DNA of 64,000 nt, taken from Eledone cirrhosa (Eukaryota). The notes under the pieces were generated by a model. That model saw only the letters and a list, made by a program, of their open reading frames with translations. It was not told where the DNA came from and ran no database searches. Below, piece after piece: positions 44,649-58,088 of this stretch (its first letter is position 1; every line of letters begins with the position of its first letter). The stretch covers positions 156,674,001-156,738,000 of the forward strand of contig OZ024740.1 of the NCBI GenBank assembly GCA_964016885.1. The letters are read 5' to 3'. A program made the position numbers and the translations under genes.

Positions 44649-46434
44649 ATATATATATATATTCAAATTCAAATAGAAGGATTTGCCGTAATATTTCACT
44701 AAATAATATAGATTAATAACGGGACACATAAACCCACTGAACGCAAAAATATAGGTATCAGCTCACACATCTCGAGTACGTTACCATTACACCGATGAAT
44801 CAACCCACCTTGCTCCCTTATTTTAACAGCAATAATTTAAAAGCGATATGTAAATAAAACAAGTATGTTTAGAAAACGGCAGGCGAAGTTTGAAAATCGA
44901 AATTGAAATATCGCTATATTTATTTTACTCGGACCTCTTTCATTATAAATATATTTATCTATATGTTCTCTTTCTATCTTTGTCTCTCACTCCCCTTCTC
45001 CCCTTCTCCCCCTTCTCTCTTTCTTTTTCCCTCTCTCTCTCTCTCCCTTCCTCTAAACATTTTTTTCTTTCTCCCCCCACCTCTCTCTTCTGGTAAGAAA
45101 TATTCCCAAAGTACCATTCTTGAGTCGACCTTATTCTCTTATACTCTGTCTGCCTGTCTGTATTTCTCAATATATCTCTCTTCCTTTTTCATTTTCATGC
45201 CATCACCAACACATTCATTAAAAGATATATAAACGCTGTATCACAAATTCCAATCCACACACGTGGATACACATACACACAGAAATACACATCACCACCT
45301 ACACATACATAAAAAAAACATATCAGTTAGCGTTTAATTTCAAGAAATTAAAAGTTTATGCTGCGAGGAAAAATCTGATCTTTGTAATCGCACAGAACTG
45401 GGAAAAATTTGAACAAATAAAATCAATATTTAAAAACAAGACTCAACAAAAACATTTGTAAGCATGTGCCAATATCAGAGACCAATACTGAAACACATGT
45501 TTTGAATAGTTTCGTCAATTCTATGTCTCGCGGGAATTCTAAAGTGAACTTGAAACAGACAGCAAACAAAATGTCGATGCTTTATGGAGGCTTGCAGATG
45601 AGAATTAGAGATACCATACAATTTTAGCTACTTTTCAACCAGGATCAAACAGACTTAGAATAAAAGGTATTCCGCCAGTGGTCCATCTGTCTTTATAGGA
45701 TTATTTGATGAAATATTTATTTCTGTGGTTCAAGGTAGTAAGGTATAATTTGATGAGGTTTCTACCAGTCCGGCGACCACGTAGTGAATCTTATTCCCTT
45801 TCCTGGAGACCTTTTATTGTTCTATTAAATCTGAGACTTGCAGCAAACTGAACTCCGCTAAAGAACTCAAGTGGTGGTGTAAAATTGGATGACAGATTAA
45901 CCACCCAAGTAGGCCACAATGCGATTTATGCTCAGAACGCAAAGAGCTGGAATACATACTATAAGGCATCTTGGCCGACGCTCTAAAAATCCTACAAAAT
46001 AGCTTCCCCTGGTCCGATGTTTACTTTATTGACCCCGAAATGTTTAAAGGTTACGTTGACGTAAATCAGATTGGATTGGAGAGAGCAGGAACAAATACTG
46101 CAAATTATTTACTTATATTGTCTAATATCTCTGCCAATTCGCTACCTTGCACAAATAAAACGTTGATTTCTACCGTGGAAATTATTATTCTCCAGATAGT
46201 AAAGTTGTTCCATCTAGCAATGGAGATTCACAACTTGTTTATGATATTGGAGAGTAGCTCTCTAGTATATATGGCTCTAGGAAAGCTGATTTTAAGTAGG
46301 AAACAGGATTCAAAATGATGGGAAAGGTTGTTGGTAATAGTTGTCTCTGTCACATTTGGGATGTTGGAAGTTATCGTTATACAGCGATGGTTGGTAGTGT
46401 CAGAAAAAATTCTCTTCTTTGTAAGGGATGCACT

Positions 46435-46511
<77 letters not shown>

Positions 46512-46699
46512 GAGAGAGAAAGTGTGTGTGTCTGAAAGAAAGGGAAGAAGTGTGAAAGAGAAATTGAAGGATCTATATATATGTATTAATTAAAATACAT
46601 GATAACTTAGCTTGTGATGGTATCTGATTAATCCGCTACGATACCATCATGTAAATCTGAGTACAGTCGAAACCATATATTTAGTTGTCATATATTTTA

Positions 46700-47164
46700 T
46701 ATAATATAAAGTACATCTGTATTTACACATTGAAGGATCCTTTTGACGTAATTACAATTCAAACTCAGGTAACACACACACACATATATATATATATATG
46801 TTAGTGTGTAGTTGGATACAACTATGCTTGGAGAATGGTGGGCTGATGTGGCTGTGATGCCATATTTGTTTTGTAGGTGTAACAAGGTCGTGAAATTTTA
46901 AGAATAGAGTGGGTGGGAGGATGTGACATCGCACTCATTTTATAAAATAAAAAATTATCTAATACATTATTACATTACACAGTTTATCTAGTTGGAAGGT
47001 TGTTCAATAGGAATAGTTTCATCATGTTTTTTGAAAGTGTGGGGTTTGTAATTGTAAGAAGTGTGTTGATGGTAAGAGTGGGACTAGTTAGTCTGCACAA
47101 TTTGTCTTTATTCGTAGTGTGTAGCAGATAGTGTGAGGAAGATGTTGTATCCAACTACACACAT

Positions 47165-47218
<54 letters not shown>

Positions 47219-49080
47219 TACCTGAGTTCATGTTTTTAAGGAGGTGTTACATTCTCTTTATTGTGAGTTGGGAGTGGGGGACGTAATTCAAATCCTTGCC
47301 GGTGTCAGTTGTGAACGTAAAGGAATATCATTTTTCAACCAAGTTATAAATTGTATTTTAAAAATAATATTTAGGAAGAGTATGTTGGATGAATATGTTA
47401 ATCTGATCCCTGTTGCGATTTGGAGCTTTACGCGATTATAGCAAGGATGACTCTTTCTAGGAGTATTAAGGAAGTATACAGAGAAGTATGTTTGTGTGAT
47501 GACATGTTGGTTGGATCATTGTTAGGCTATAAGAAATATCATAATTAATGATATCAGTCATTGTTAAGCTCAATGTCTGCACAGATTTAACAAATTTATC
47601 AACACCCTTCAAGTCATGACTATCATGTCATTATTATTCATCATATATCTAGTAATACATTATCCGTAGGTATCATCAATTTGAGATGTTAGTGCGTGCA
47701 TTAAGGGAAATGTAACTGTTATCTCTAGCAGGCCAAGCTTTCACTTTGAGACACTCTCTTTTGAACCTCCTTCTCTGATGGTTGTTATTGTATGGTTTGT
47801 TGATGATATTGCAGTCCTGACAACCTCTAAAAATCCAAACGGGGAGTACCAGGAAAACAATTGCCCACAAACGAGGAGAAATGAGGCAAAATGGGGAGAT
47901 TTTATATCATGAAAGCTACATCCATTTTCACAAGAGATGACAATTCTCATCCACCCTAACATGGGCGGGGGGGGGGGTATCTTCATTGGACGGGAATGGT
48001 TGACAGGTCTGATATTGGTTGGGTGTAATAATTTCTTCATCCTCATTTGATGAAACAAATATAGTCTATAGGAGCCTTTAAGGTCGGTCATAACATCAGT
48101 CCTGATTTTGACTGCGAAATGGCAATACAGGCGTCAGAAGTCGGGATTAGTGTTGATGGAAGCTAAAGATAGAGCAAAGGTTCAAAAGCTCGTTCGATCT
48201 TCATATTCAGTGCGAAATCACCGCCACTTTCCATGTATGTTTATAATTTTATCGATTTCTGAAGCCTCTTTCAGTTTTCGAGTTCTTTGTTGACTTTTCT
48301 ATATCTTTTTTAAAAAAATTATCGTTGCCATGACTGGCGTAGTAAGTGAGTATTTCCGTGTAGGATTTCTGTCTTCTTCATGTGGATTTGGGTGGCTGAA
48401 TTTGAAAAAAACTGTTTGATAAGCCGCTTTGTTTGAAGTTAATGTAGGCATGTTATTTGAAGCTAGTTTTGTAACAGATGACGTACTTCAGTACACTTTG
48501 CTAGTGAGAGCTGCTGATGCTACTAATTAACTTGTATGCTAGTTTATTGCTTGTCTGGGGTATATGTCTGTCAGTGTTCTAATTTTTAATTATATATTTT
48601 TTGTTTGACATTTCTTTATTTAGTAACTTGTTGATTAGGTATATTTGTGGTATTGTTTTTTGTTTAAGGTGGTCCCAAGTTTTTATCAGGCTGGCTATCT
48701 GAAATGTGTAATTAGGTTTGTGTTTGTTTACGTTATCTTATAGGATGCGTTTTTGGAAACTTCTACAATTTTTGGCGAATGAATATACTGTAATGTTTAT
48801 GTTGAAAATTGCACTGTCGTTCAATTTGACGAATCAAATAATCTCTTTTGGTGGAAATTGTTCCAGGTAGATGTTTGAAGCTTGTGAACTTATTTACGTT
48901 TTGTTTAATTGCTGTGTGAGTGTTTTGAACTGATAATAGTCATGTGTTAGGGTAGAGTTGAGGTTTGCTTGCCATGTTGTTTTGCTAGATAAGTCTATGT
49001 AGGAAAACGTTATTTCTGAAAGATTTGTAACTATATTGTTGCGGTATGTGGGTTTTTTTAGGAGGATTTTTAAAGGTAGG
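46700..49080 (-). mobile_element. Highly decayed Penelope-like RT element, interrupted
   Basis: Minus strand has cctgataaaaacttggga = PDKNLG (~48680), the PLE pre-RT DKxxG motif. Strong A/C strand skew. Other motifs are barely recognisable. Confidence 0.35.
47812..48011 (+). mobile_element. ~195-bp MITE (TIR CAGACCTG(C/T)CAAC)
   Basis: cagtcctgacaac...gttgacaggtctg, flanked by ATATTG on both sides. Confidence 0.8.
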
Positions 49081-49218
49081 AAAAATCTAGTTGCGTTGCC
49101 TATTTATTACACACAGTGTTTCAATTGGTTTTGTACAAAGACGTGCTGTTGCATGCATTGAAGTATTTTCAAATTCTTGTGTTTCGGATGGGTAGCCTGC
49201 TGTAGCTGAGATGCATTG

Positions 49219-49408
49219 CAAACCTGTCAACTCTTCTCGTCCGACGAGGAGATATTTCTCCCGCTTTGAGTAGGAGATATCTTCTCTTGTGAAAATGGGT
49301 ATAGCTTTCATTATGTAAAATCTCCCCATTTTGTCTCATTTCTCCCCGTTTTAGGGCTTGTTTTTTCATGGTACTCCCCGTTTGGGTGTTTAGAGGTTGG
49401 CATGTCTG
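49219..49408 (-). mobile_element. Second copy of the ~195-bp MITE
   Basis: caaacctgtcaac...gttggcatgtctg, with CATTG on both sides. Confidence 0.8.
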
Positions 49409-50944
49409 CATTGTCTAGTAGGGTGTTGGTGCATCTTGCGATGTTATGCATACATTTGTTTTACGGCTGTTGTTGTTTAATCCCAGATTAATGTTAATCA
49501 ATCATATATATAATTAGAGACATGCCAATGAGGATCATTTCATTTTATTTTAATATATAGAACAACATCTGATGGCTTTGAATAGGGCAGTGTAAGATTT
49601 GGCTTCAATTTCTAGCAGTTAATGTAACCACATAGCAGTTGCTTTCTTCAATTTTAACTTATATGGCAGTTGTTATTTAATCTTATGTCAACTTTGATAA
49701 ATGGGGAGGGGTATGATAAAATGCATTTCATCCGTGATCATCTTGTTATTTATTTTCAGACTTTAGAACAACATTAATGTGCATCTCTTTCTACAGTAAG
49801 TTGTGATATCATGGAGATTTAGCTGTTATTTCTAGCAAGTTCAACAATCACTTAGCAGTTAACTCAATGTTTCACATTGCTTTTTATCTTGGTTGATTTC
49901 ATTTCTAGTATATTATTTTCTCAGTTAGTGTTCGATTGCCATTTCTAGGACAAAAAGGTACATAAAGGAAGAGAAAGCCAGATTATATGCATGTTACACA
50001 ATATCCTTTGTGATGGGAACTGTTCTACATTATTGGGCTTTGGAAAGGAGTTTAAGAAATCTTGTGTTGGAATTGAAAGCAGCTTGCCTAATGTTAGGGC
50101 ATTCAGCTCACGATTATAAGTTCATAGGTTCTATCCCCGTACATAACGGCACGTTAAGCAAGTAACTTTATTTCACATTTCTCCTGTTCATTCAGTAGCA
50201 GCAGTAACTAGAAGGGGGTTAACCTTCTGACAGACTGGCATCCCGTCTAGGAAGAGAAGTCTTGTGCACTCAATCACTTAATACCACACGAGACCATGAT
50301 AAACTCCAGGTGGATGAGCTTCTAGGCATAAAAAAAACTTTAATCTAAATTATTTAACCTACTGTGGGGTATTAGCATTGTTTCTGACAACATAGTAATG
50401 TGAATGTCAGGTTTGATAATAAAGTATTTAAGTTTCAGAAGCTTTATTACATTAGTGGTGTAACTCTGTCATACAAAATGGTAGTTATATTAGTTATAGA
50501 GAACGCCGCATCTGTTAAAAACAATCAGTGAAACCATTGATAAATAAATAGTGAATGTGCTACTGCTTTAAACCCGCTGAAAATGAGAGACTGTAACGTT
50601 ATATAAGCTGATAATGACTTATGCCGTCAAAAGTGACAGCTATTTTACTTATAACATGTCTTTATTGGTCAACCGAGCGGCGGTTTAAGTGATAGTTATT
50701 AAAAACGTTCGTTAAGATACATAGCAAAAAGATAGAGTGAAAGAAGAGTAGGAATATCTACGTTTATAATTATCTCCTGTCGTTCTCTCCCCATCTCTGT
50801 TTCTCTATATTTTTTTGAAGTGTATATTAATGGATTTAAATATGATGTCAAGTTCAATTCATCAAATGGTTTCGTATTAAAATTTTAGGGTTATCTGTGT
50901 GGGTGTATATATTTATAACTTTATGTATGTATGTATGTATGTAT

Positions 50945-51346
50945 GACCCCTTAGCCTTTGTCAAGGCAGAATTCTAGGAGAAGGAAAACTCTGATATAAC
51001 ACCTGCAACCCTGATGGTATCCAATGATGTTGACTTGTTCTTCTTTTTGGTAAATATCATCTTGGTTAAGAGAGTGGGACTGGCTTTGTGCAGTGCCTTT
51101 CCTCACTATAAAAGCTTCACAGCACAGGCATTGCTTTATATCTGGAGATCTCTCTGCACTTGTCGTCACATGGTACCATGGGCCCAGCACTATGTGTCAG
51201 TAATTGTCACAAGTGTAGTGTTTGTACCAGAGTTTTCAAGTCGCTGGCTGGACTAAAAAGTCACACTCGTCCAGCGCATCGGTAGGGGTTCTCCTACATG
51301 GATATAAAGTAGTGGCCGTACTCGAAAACGAGTTGGCAGCCACCAT
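50945..51346 (+). mobile_element. 5'-truncated copy of the 44040-44648 element in (ATGT)n
   Basis: Nearly identical to 44247-44648. Confidence 0.9.
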
Positions 51347-51804
51347 GTATGTATGTATGTATGTATGTATGTATGTATGTATGTATGTATGTATGTATGT
51401 ATGCATGTAAGTATGTATGTATGTATGCATGTATGTATGTATGTATGTATGTATGTATGTATGTATGTATGTATGTATGTATGTATGTATGTATGCATGC
51501 ATGTATGTATGTATGTATGTATGCGTGCATTTATGTGTGTGTGTATGTATGTATGCGTGAATGAATGTAGGTAGTTCCCGGTGATGTTGATCTTTTCTTC
51601 TTTTCGGGTTACAGCTACTGTCGCTCAGAGAGTGGGATTGGCTCAGTGCACAGTCTTTCCTCACTTTAAAAAATATCTTCATGCACAGGCATTGCACAAT
51701 AGAATTAGTTAATAATTATTAATAATGGTAAATCGTGCAATGGCCATACTCGATAACGAGGAGGCAGCTATTATTATATTGCATGTTTTGTCTTATGTGT
51801 GACC

Positions 51805-52290
51805 ATAGCATGGCCAAATGGGTAAGAGGTTCGCTTTGCAATCTTTAGGTAACGGGTTCGACCCCACGGCGTGGAATTTAGGAAAGTTTCATTAACATAG
51901 CCTTGGTTGACCCATGTCTTGTTTGTTAAATTGGCTAGGCGGAAACTCTTTGGAAAACCGGCCAGCCTCAGACCTGCCAACCTCTAAAAACTCAAACGGC
52001 AAGTACCATGAAAAAAAAGTGTCCCAAAACGGGGAGAAATGAGGCAAAATGGGGAGATTTTACTTAACGAAAGCTATAGCCATCTTTACAAGCGAAGACA
52101 TCTCTTTCCCATCCCAAAATGGGTGGGAGATCTCTAGTCCGACGGGGAGAGTTGACAGGTCTGCAGTGTTGCTACACACTATGTCACACTGGATCTTCCT
52201 GAGAATAACGTTAAGCTACTTACATCTTAATTTCATGAGCAAGCTTTTCCGGTGACCGAACAATTGGAATACTCGTCATGTAAACTTACT
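51805..52290 (+). mobile_element. tRNA-head SINE with nested MITE (51969-52163)
   Basis: A box tggccaaatgggta, B box gggttcgacccc. A third MITE copy cagacctgccaac..gttgacaggtctg is inserted. A sister SINE lies at 52570-52900. Confidence 0.75.
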
Positions 52291-53129
52291 GACGCCTGTG
52301 TCATGGCTCTGGGGTGAATATTGGCTCTTGTCGTAGTTGTTTTGTGTGGCGTGCTTCGGCCTTTGTATATTTGTTGAGTATTTGATAGTTTTTCATTGCT
52401 GTTGTTTTGTCTCAAATCAGTGCTAATCAAGGCGTAATTTATCTAAGACTACATTATCCAATTTGTATTATGCAATGTATCCTTCAATAATAAAGGTGGT
52501 AGAGCGTGGAATGAAATGTATTGGGGAACAAAGTATGATTCGCATAATTGCAGATATTCTAATCTAATGTACGTAGTCCAATGGTTAAGAGGTTTGCTCT
52601 GCAATATTTAGGTCACAGGTCCGACCCTATTGAGTAGCATCTAGGGCCAGTGTCATTTGTCATAACATTGGATTGATCCAAGCCTTGTGAGTGAAATTGG
52701 GTCGTCGGAAATTGCTTGGAATCCCGACCAATAGACTGTACCTGTAATTAAACGGTGCAGCCTTGTTACACGCCCTGTCACACTGAATAAACCTAAGAAT
52801 TACGTTACAAATGCACATGTCTGTGGAATGCTGGGCTACTTACATGTAAATCTCATGAACAGGCTCCTCCGTTGATGGAATAACTGGAATATTCATCGTT
52901 GACCCGACGGAGGTCCTTTCTATTTTTTGTTATTTATACATTAGGGTTCGTATTTCTCTCTGTTGATCAAAAGTAATGTTTGCGAGTTCACTAAGCGCGT
53001 TTGTTGAAAGCTTTGCCTGCTTTACCATATATTCTACGTTTATTGTAAAAGTTGCAGGAGTGTTGTCTGTAATTCCTATTTTCGCGGCTCCCATCTTGAC
53101 TTTTACTCGACATAGTTTTCATACATGGC

Positions 53130-53600
53130 AAAGGTGGTTAACATATTTTCAACTATATGATGAGACAATGCTATGTTTTGACTGACACAGACGATAATAG
53201 CATTTGCTTCGACTTCGCCAAGAATTTCGTTGTAGTTAACAATGAGATTCTAAGCCACACAATGAAAGGTCTTAGAATCTCAAAACAACGTGCTTGGTTT
53301 TCAGATTTCCTGAAAACAAATAATTACATCTGACGGCACGGCATGCTATCTATAAGATTTCGGTAGTCAGTGAGATCTCATAAATTACAGTTCCCGAATC
53401 ATTCTTATTCATCATCATGTTGTCATTCATAACTGGATGTATATAAACCACGAGGAACCTCCCTTACGTGTATTACACCTTCGTGTAATATACGTACTAT
53501 ATTGAAGTAAAAACAACAAAAGATATTAAGAAAATGTTGCTTAGCCAGGAGTCTAAATCTGATTGCGCGTAAAGCAATAATGTTTAGCTTCACAAGATTC
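53130..53600 (+). mobile_element. Decayed CR1-like RT fragment
   Basis: ICFDFAKNFVVVNNEILSHTMKGLRI resembles YLDFAKAFDKV.H.IL..K...LGI. VVSEIS*ITVPESFLFIIM resembles SGVPQGTVLGPLLFII. Confidence 0.6.
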
Positions 53601-54512
53601 TTTATTTAGTGCGATATGGTCGAATTATTTAATAAAAGGTTTCAAATAAAAAACCAAACCCACAGCCAATGAACCCACTAAAATAGCAACCAAATTCCTT
53701 TCAAACCACACGCTACCGCCTTAAGCAAAGTAGGGACAAACTGGATGGTGTATTAAAAAAAAAATGTAAGACCATCAGAAAAACAAGAAAACAAAAATAA
53801 AAGTACAAATAGGTTGGTCAAGGCTGGAGCGCCTTTGATCTGCGGTTTCTTGTTTTATCCTAAGGCTAAAATGTAAAATCAACAACAATGAATCTAATTT
53901 GAACACAGAATCAAATCATTGAAGAATCAAATTAAATGCTTTACGGTATTTGCTCCAGCTCTCCCCGTACATAGTTCAAATTAAACCTAAGTCAAATTCG
54001 ATTCTCGTCCTTTTGGGATCGATAAATGAAATACCAGTCCAATGCAGTTATTTGCAGTCTGTTCTGGCTCTGTGAGATTTGAGTTTTACATCCCGCCGCC
54101 TATCACCTATAAACATATTGTTATGAGAGGACAAGGGCCTTTATCATTAAAACTCTCAATAAATTACAGTAACAAAAACACAGAATCATTCTGAGACTTA
54201 GTATAACTATGTATAGTAAAGCATATTTACATTATTGGAACTTTTTAGTAGCTAACTAATATTGCAGTTGACTTCATGGAAATACGTTTGTTTTTCGCGT
54301 TACAGATATCTGTTCATATCTATAGCTTACCAATACACCCTGAGAAATATTTTTATCCCCAAAATTATATTATCCCTATCCCCCTCAGAACACCTCCAAA
54401 CTCTAAATTAATACAGAAGAAAAAGGAGAAAGATACACATTAACTATATCTGGAATATTCTGAAGAATATATAACCAAACGTTGGCATCGAAAATAAAAT
54501 AAACAAATATTA

Positions 54513-54588
54513 ATATACTGACAACTTGCTTGGTTTCACATTATCTGACACATGACATTCATTAGATTACGTGGTCGTCAGAGGACAC
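54513..54588 (-). ncRNA. Type-I hammerhead-like motif (partly degenerate)
   Basis: Minus strand: GUGUCCU-CUGACGA-CC-ACGU.AUCU..AGAU.AUGU-GAAA-C-CAA(GCAAG)UUG-UC^-AGUAUAU. Stem I pairs 6 of 7 positions. Confidence 0.5.
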
Positions 54589-55419
54589 AAGTCATTTTAT
54601 TTTCTTACTTAAAGAAATCAGTAACTGTCTAGTTATGTAAGAACTTCTTTTTTCTACTGACACACACCAAGGTTTTTCTCTATCACGAATATTATAATCG
54701 CTGTAGCACATCTACATCATCAACTCACTGATTTCACCAGTTACAAGCATATACACATACACACATTGGAAGAAAACACACACACATAAACAATAGTAGA
54801 ATTACAAAACAAAACAAGAAAGAGTGTATTAGATATGCATAAGATAGTGCCACAATATAGTCAGAAAACACAATTGTTTAAGTTGACAAATAGAGAAATA
54901 AATAAATATAGCACAAAGTCCGCAAAGTTCCACTTTCATCTCAGTTTCTGAACAAAACAGTCAATGTACTCTACATACATGCGTGTGTGTATGTGTATAC
55001 AAGCATGTGAGTAGTTACATGCACACATATATATCCGTCTTCTTCAGAGCTACTGGGAACATGTAACCCAGTACAACCTGTGCATGATCGGGTCGTCAGC
55101 GACTAAACCAGCAAACCCACCAAACTTGCTTGGTGAGGAGGGTGAAAAACAAAACCTGTCAAAGGGCCGAGGAACTCAGGAGAATCAACAGTCAGCCATC
55201 CAATAAAGTATTTTTCTTTTAGGGGGTCGTGGAGTAAAGATCCCTAGTCTTCATTGAGACATATTTCTAGGAGAAGGTCACTCTGATATAAAACCTGCGA
55301 CTTCGTTTGCATACAATGATGTAGATCAGTCCTACTTTTGGGGTAGATGCATTCGATGTCCAGAGAGTCGGATTGGCTCCGTGCAAAGTTTTTCTTTAAT
55401 TAAAAAAGCTTCAATGGTC

Positions 55420-55680
55420 TAGGACAGAACAGAGGAGTGACACAAACTAATAAATTAGTCACTGAGGAAGTTACAGAAAGAACGTTGAAAATAAATAAAC
55501 AACCATCAGGTTATTAAACCAGCCAACTGGAAATTCTTATTAAATTGAAGTGAAAATCAACAGGTGCGTGTGTTTTTATTCGCAGCATGACCCTCCCAAA
55601 GTATAACAATATCTGTTCCAACACACCTTTTCGAATAAGAAATCTTGCAAAAGAAATACGAAAACGAAGTATATATATTC
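55420..55680 (+). mobile_element. Diverged Penelope-like pseudo-LTR fragment
   Basis: Homologous to 12470-12720 (taggacagaaca..ggtgcgtgtgttt..catgaccctcccaaagtataacaatat). Confidence 0.7.
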
Positions 55681-55732
55681 CAATGAATCAATTAATCTCT
55701 CACTCACCTTATCTATCAATGCGAGTGGGAAG

Positions 55733-55771
<39 letters not shown>

Positions 55772-55834
55772 GGACGTAAAATAAGAAAATTTAAAAAAAA
55801 GATTAAAAAAATTAACTTACTTACTAAAATCTTC

Positions 55835-55916
55835 ACTCCAACTAATTAGTTTCTGCAATGGGATAAAGACAGTTACGTAATATAACCGTCGAGAATTCAT
55901 TGCGTCATCAGGGAGT
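55835..55916 (-). ncRNA. Type-I hammerhead ribozyme (minus-strand copy)
   Basis: Exact reverse complement of 56118-56199. Confidence 0.8.
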
Positions 55917-56117
55917 CTATTCTCAGCTAAGTCTCCAGGCAATGCGCGGACACTGGGGACTCATATAAAAATAATAATAATTCGGTAGATGGAACAGCCA
56001 GCGGGGACTGAGTGCATGGAATCCAGTCCCCGCTAGCTGTTCCATCTACCGAATTATTATTATTTTTATATGAGTCCCCAGTGTCCGCGCATTGCCTGGA
56101 GACTTAGCTGAGAATAG

Positions 56118-56199
56118 ACTCCCTGATGACGCAATGAATTCTCGACGGTTATATTACGTAACTGTCTTTATCCCATTGCAGAAACTAATTAGTTGGAGT
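56118..56199 (+). ncRNA. Type-I hammerhead ribozyme with extended stem II
   Basis: ACUCC-CUGAUGA-C-GCAAUG..[GACGGUUAU(AUUAC)GUAACUGUC]..CAUUGC-A-GAAA-CUAAUUAG-UU^-GGAGU. Palindromic stem III ACUAAUUAGU; predicted cut after 56194. Confidence 0.85.
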
Positions 56200-56375
56200 G
56201 AAGATTTTAGTAAGTAAGTTAATTTTTTAAATCTTTTTTTTAAATTTTCTTATTTTACGTCCTTCATATTATTGTTCTGCATCCTCCTGCATTGAACCAC
56301 CTAGGTACTATGACATAACTTATGTATTTGCTAGCATTAGCGTACATCTGTACGCATATGTTAGTAGATATACTA

Positions 56376-56460
<85 letters not shown>

Positions 56461-56483
56461 CATATATATATATGTATGTATGT

Positions 56484-56515
<32 letters not shown>

Positions 56516-57154
56516 ATATATATATAAATATATTTATATATGTGTGTGCGTGTGTGTATATATATATAAATACATATATACTTTTATACAGATAATTTGC
56601 ATCATTTATATGCTATGTATAGTACTCGACAAACATACGTCTATATATTATCGTTTGTCTGTTTCTGTGCACACATATGTGCGCACACAGAATAAGTGTG
56701 TGTGATACGTGTGGGTTGTGTATTTGAATATTTACTTCGTTTTTATCTTCATTCAACTCACATGATAGCCTGTTGAGGTGAACTGCTGGGGGCAATTGAT
56801 AAAAATACGTTCAAACGTTATTTACTTTTATTTATCGTATAATTTCTTGGGTGTTTATTATTATTATTATTTCATTTTATTTATTTTTTATTTTCTCACT
56901 CGTTTCTTAGTTAACAAAATCTGCCAGGTGGCCATGTTTACCAACTATTATCAGTTTTGTCTAGCCTTGGATTTTCATCTCCTAGTGGTGTCATAGTGCT
57001 TTTGTTGTGACAATTTAATCTTGGCGGAGCTTATAGGTCTTCAGGTATAACCGCAGGCAAATTTTCCTCGAGAAAGAGGGAGAGTGAGTGGGAGAGAAAA
57101 TAAGAGAGTTAAGAGAGTGGAGAGAGGAGGGTGAGTGAGAGGCAAGACAGTGGG

Positions 57155-57186
<32 letters not shown>

Positions 57187-57905
57187 TGATAGCTAGAGAG
57201 TGATCAACCCTAGTATTTGGCTAGTACTTTATTAATTGATACCAACAGGATAAAATTGTTGATCGACGCAGAATTTGAACTCAGAACGCATAGAGCCGGG
57301 TTGAATGACGCAATATATTCTCCCTGATACGCTAACGACTTTACCAATTTGCAGACTATTACCATTGATATATGGCTACTGACTAAATAATGCGAATTTT
57401 TATTTTATTTATACATTGAGGTTAAAACTTAAAATAAAAAGTGATGTTAAGTTCGGGTTTTATTTTATTTTTCCTATTTTTATGGCTACATTTAAAGTGA
57501 ATGAAGGAACCTATGACGCTTTTTTAACGTTTCAGAGACCAGGACAAAGTGAGAAAGAAACCGTTACCCGTCATAAAATTCGACCGTCGAATTTCCAAGG
57601 TTTAAATCTCCAGTATTTTAAGTACAAGGCTTATGTTGAACCGGTTTTGTGGAAAACACTTAACCAATGTGATGTATAGTGATACCGAGTCCTGAACCAC
57701 GTGATTGTAAATTGAATTTCTTAATCATTTGCCTGAGTCTGCACAGTCACATAACATCACCATTGAGTTCTCCTCCAGCAACACTAACATTACTATCACC
57801 GTCACTCCAAGTAACTTCCATTATGCCTTTCATCATTACGGGGTCGATAAAATAAAGTACCAGTAATGCACTGGGTAATTGCTTGTGCCAAAAAGTAGAA
57901 ACAAT

Positions 57906-57967
<62 letters not shown>

Positions 57968-58002
57968 CATACATACACACATATATATATGTATATACAT
58001 AC

Positions 58003-58085
<83 letters not shown>

Positions 58086-58088
58086 TAT

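Larger units (their letters stand above)
55765..56269. repeat. Fold-back element: 246-bp inverted arms, 13-nt spacer, abutting (AT)n
   Basis: 55765-56010 is the reverse complement of 56024-56269 with only 2 mismatches that I could see. Confidence 0.97.

Noticed and set aside
51805-51880. tRNA gene
   Set aside because: A and B boxes are present but there is no intact cloverleaf. It runs into a SINE body, so it is a SINE head.
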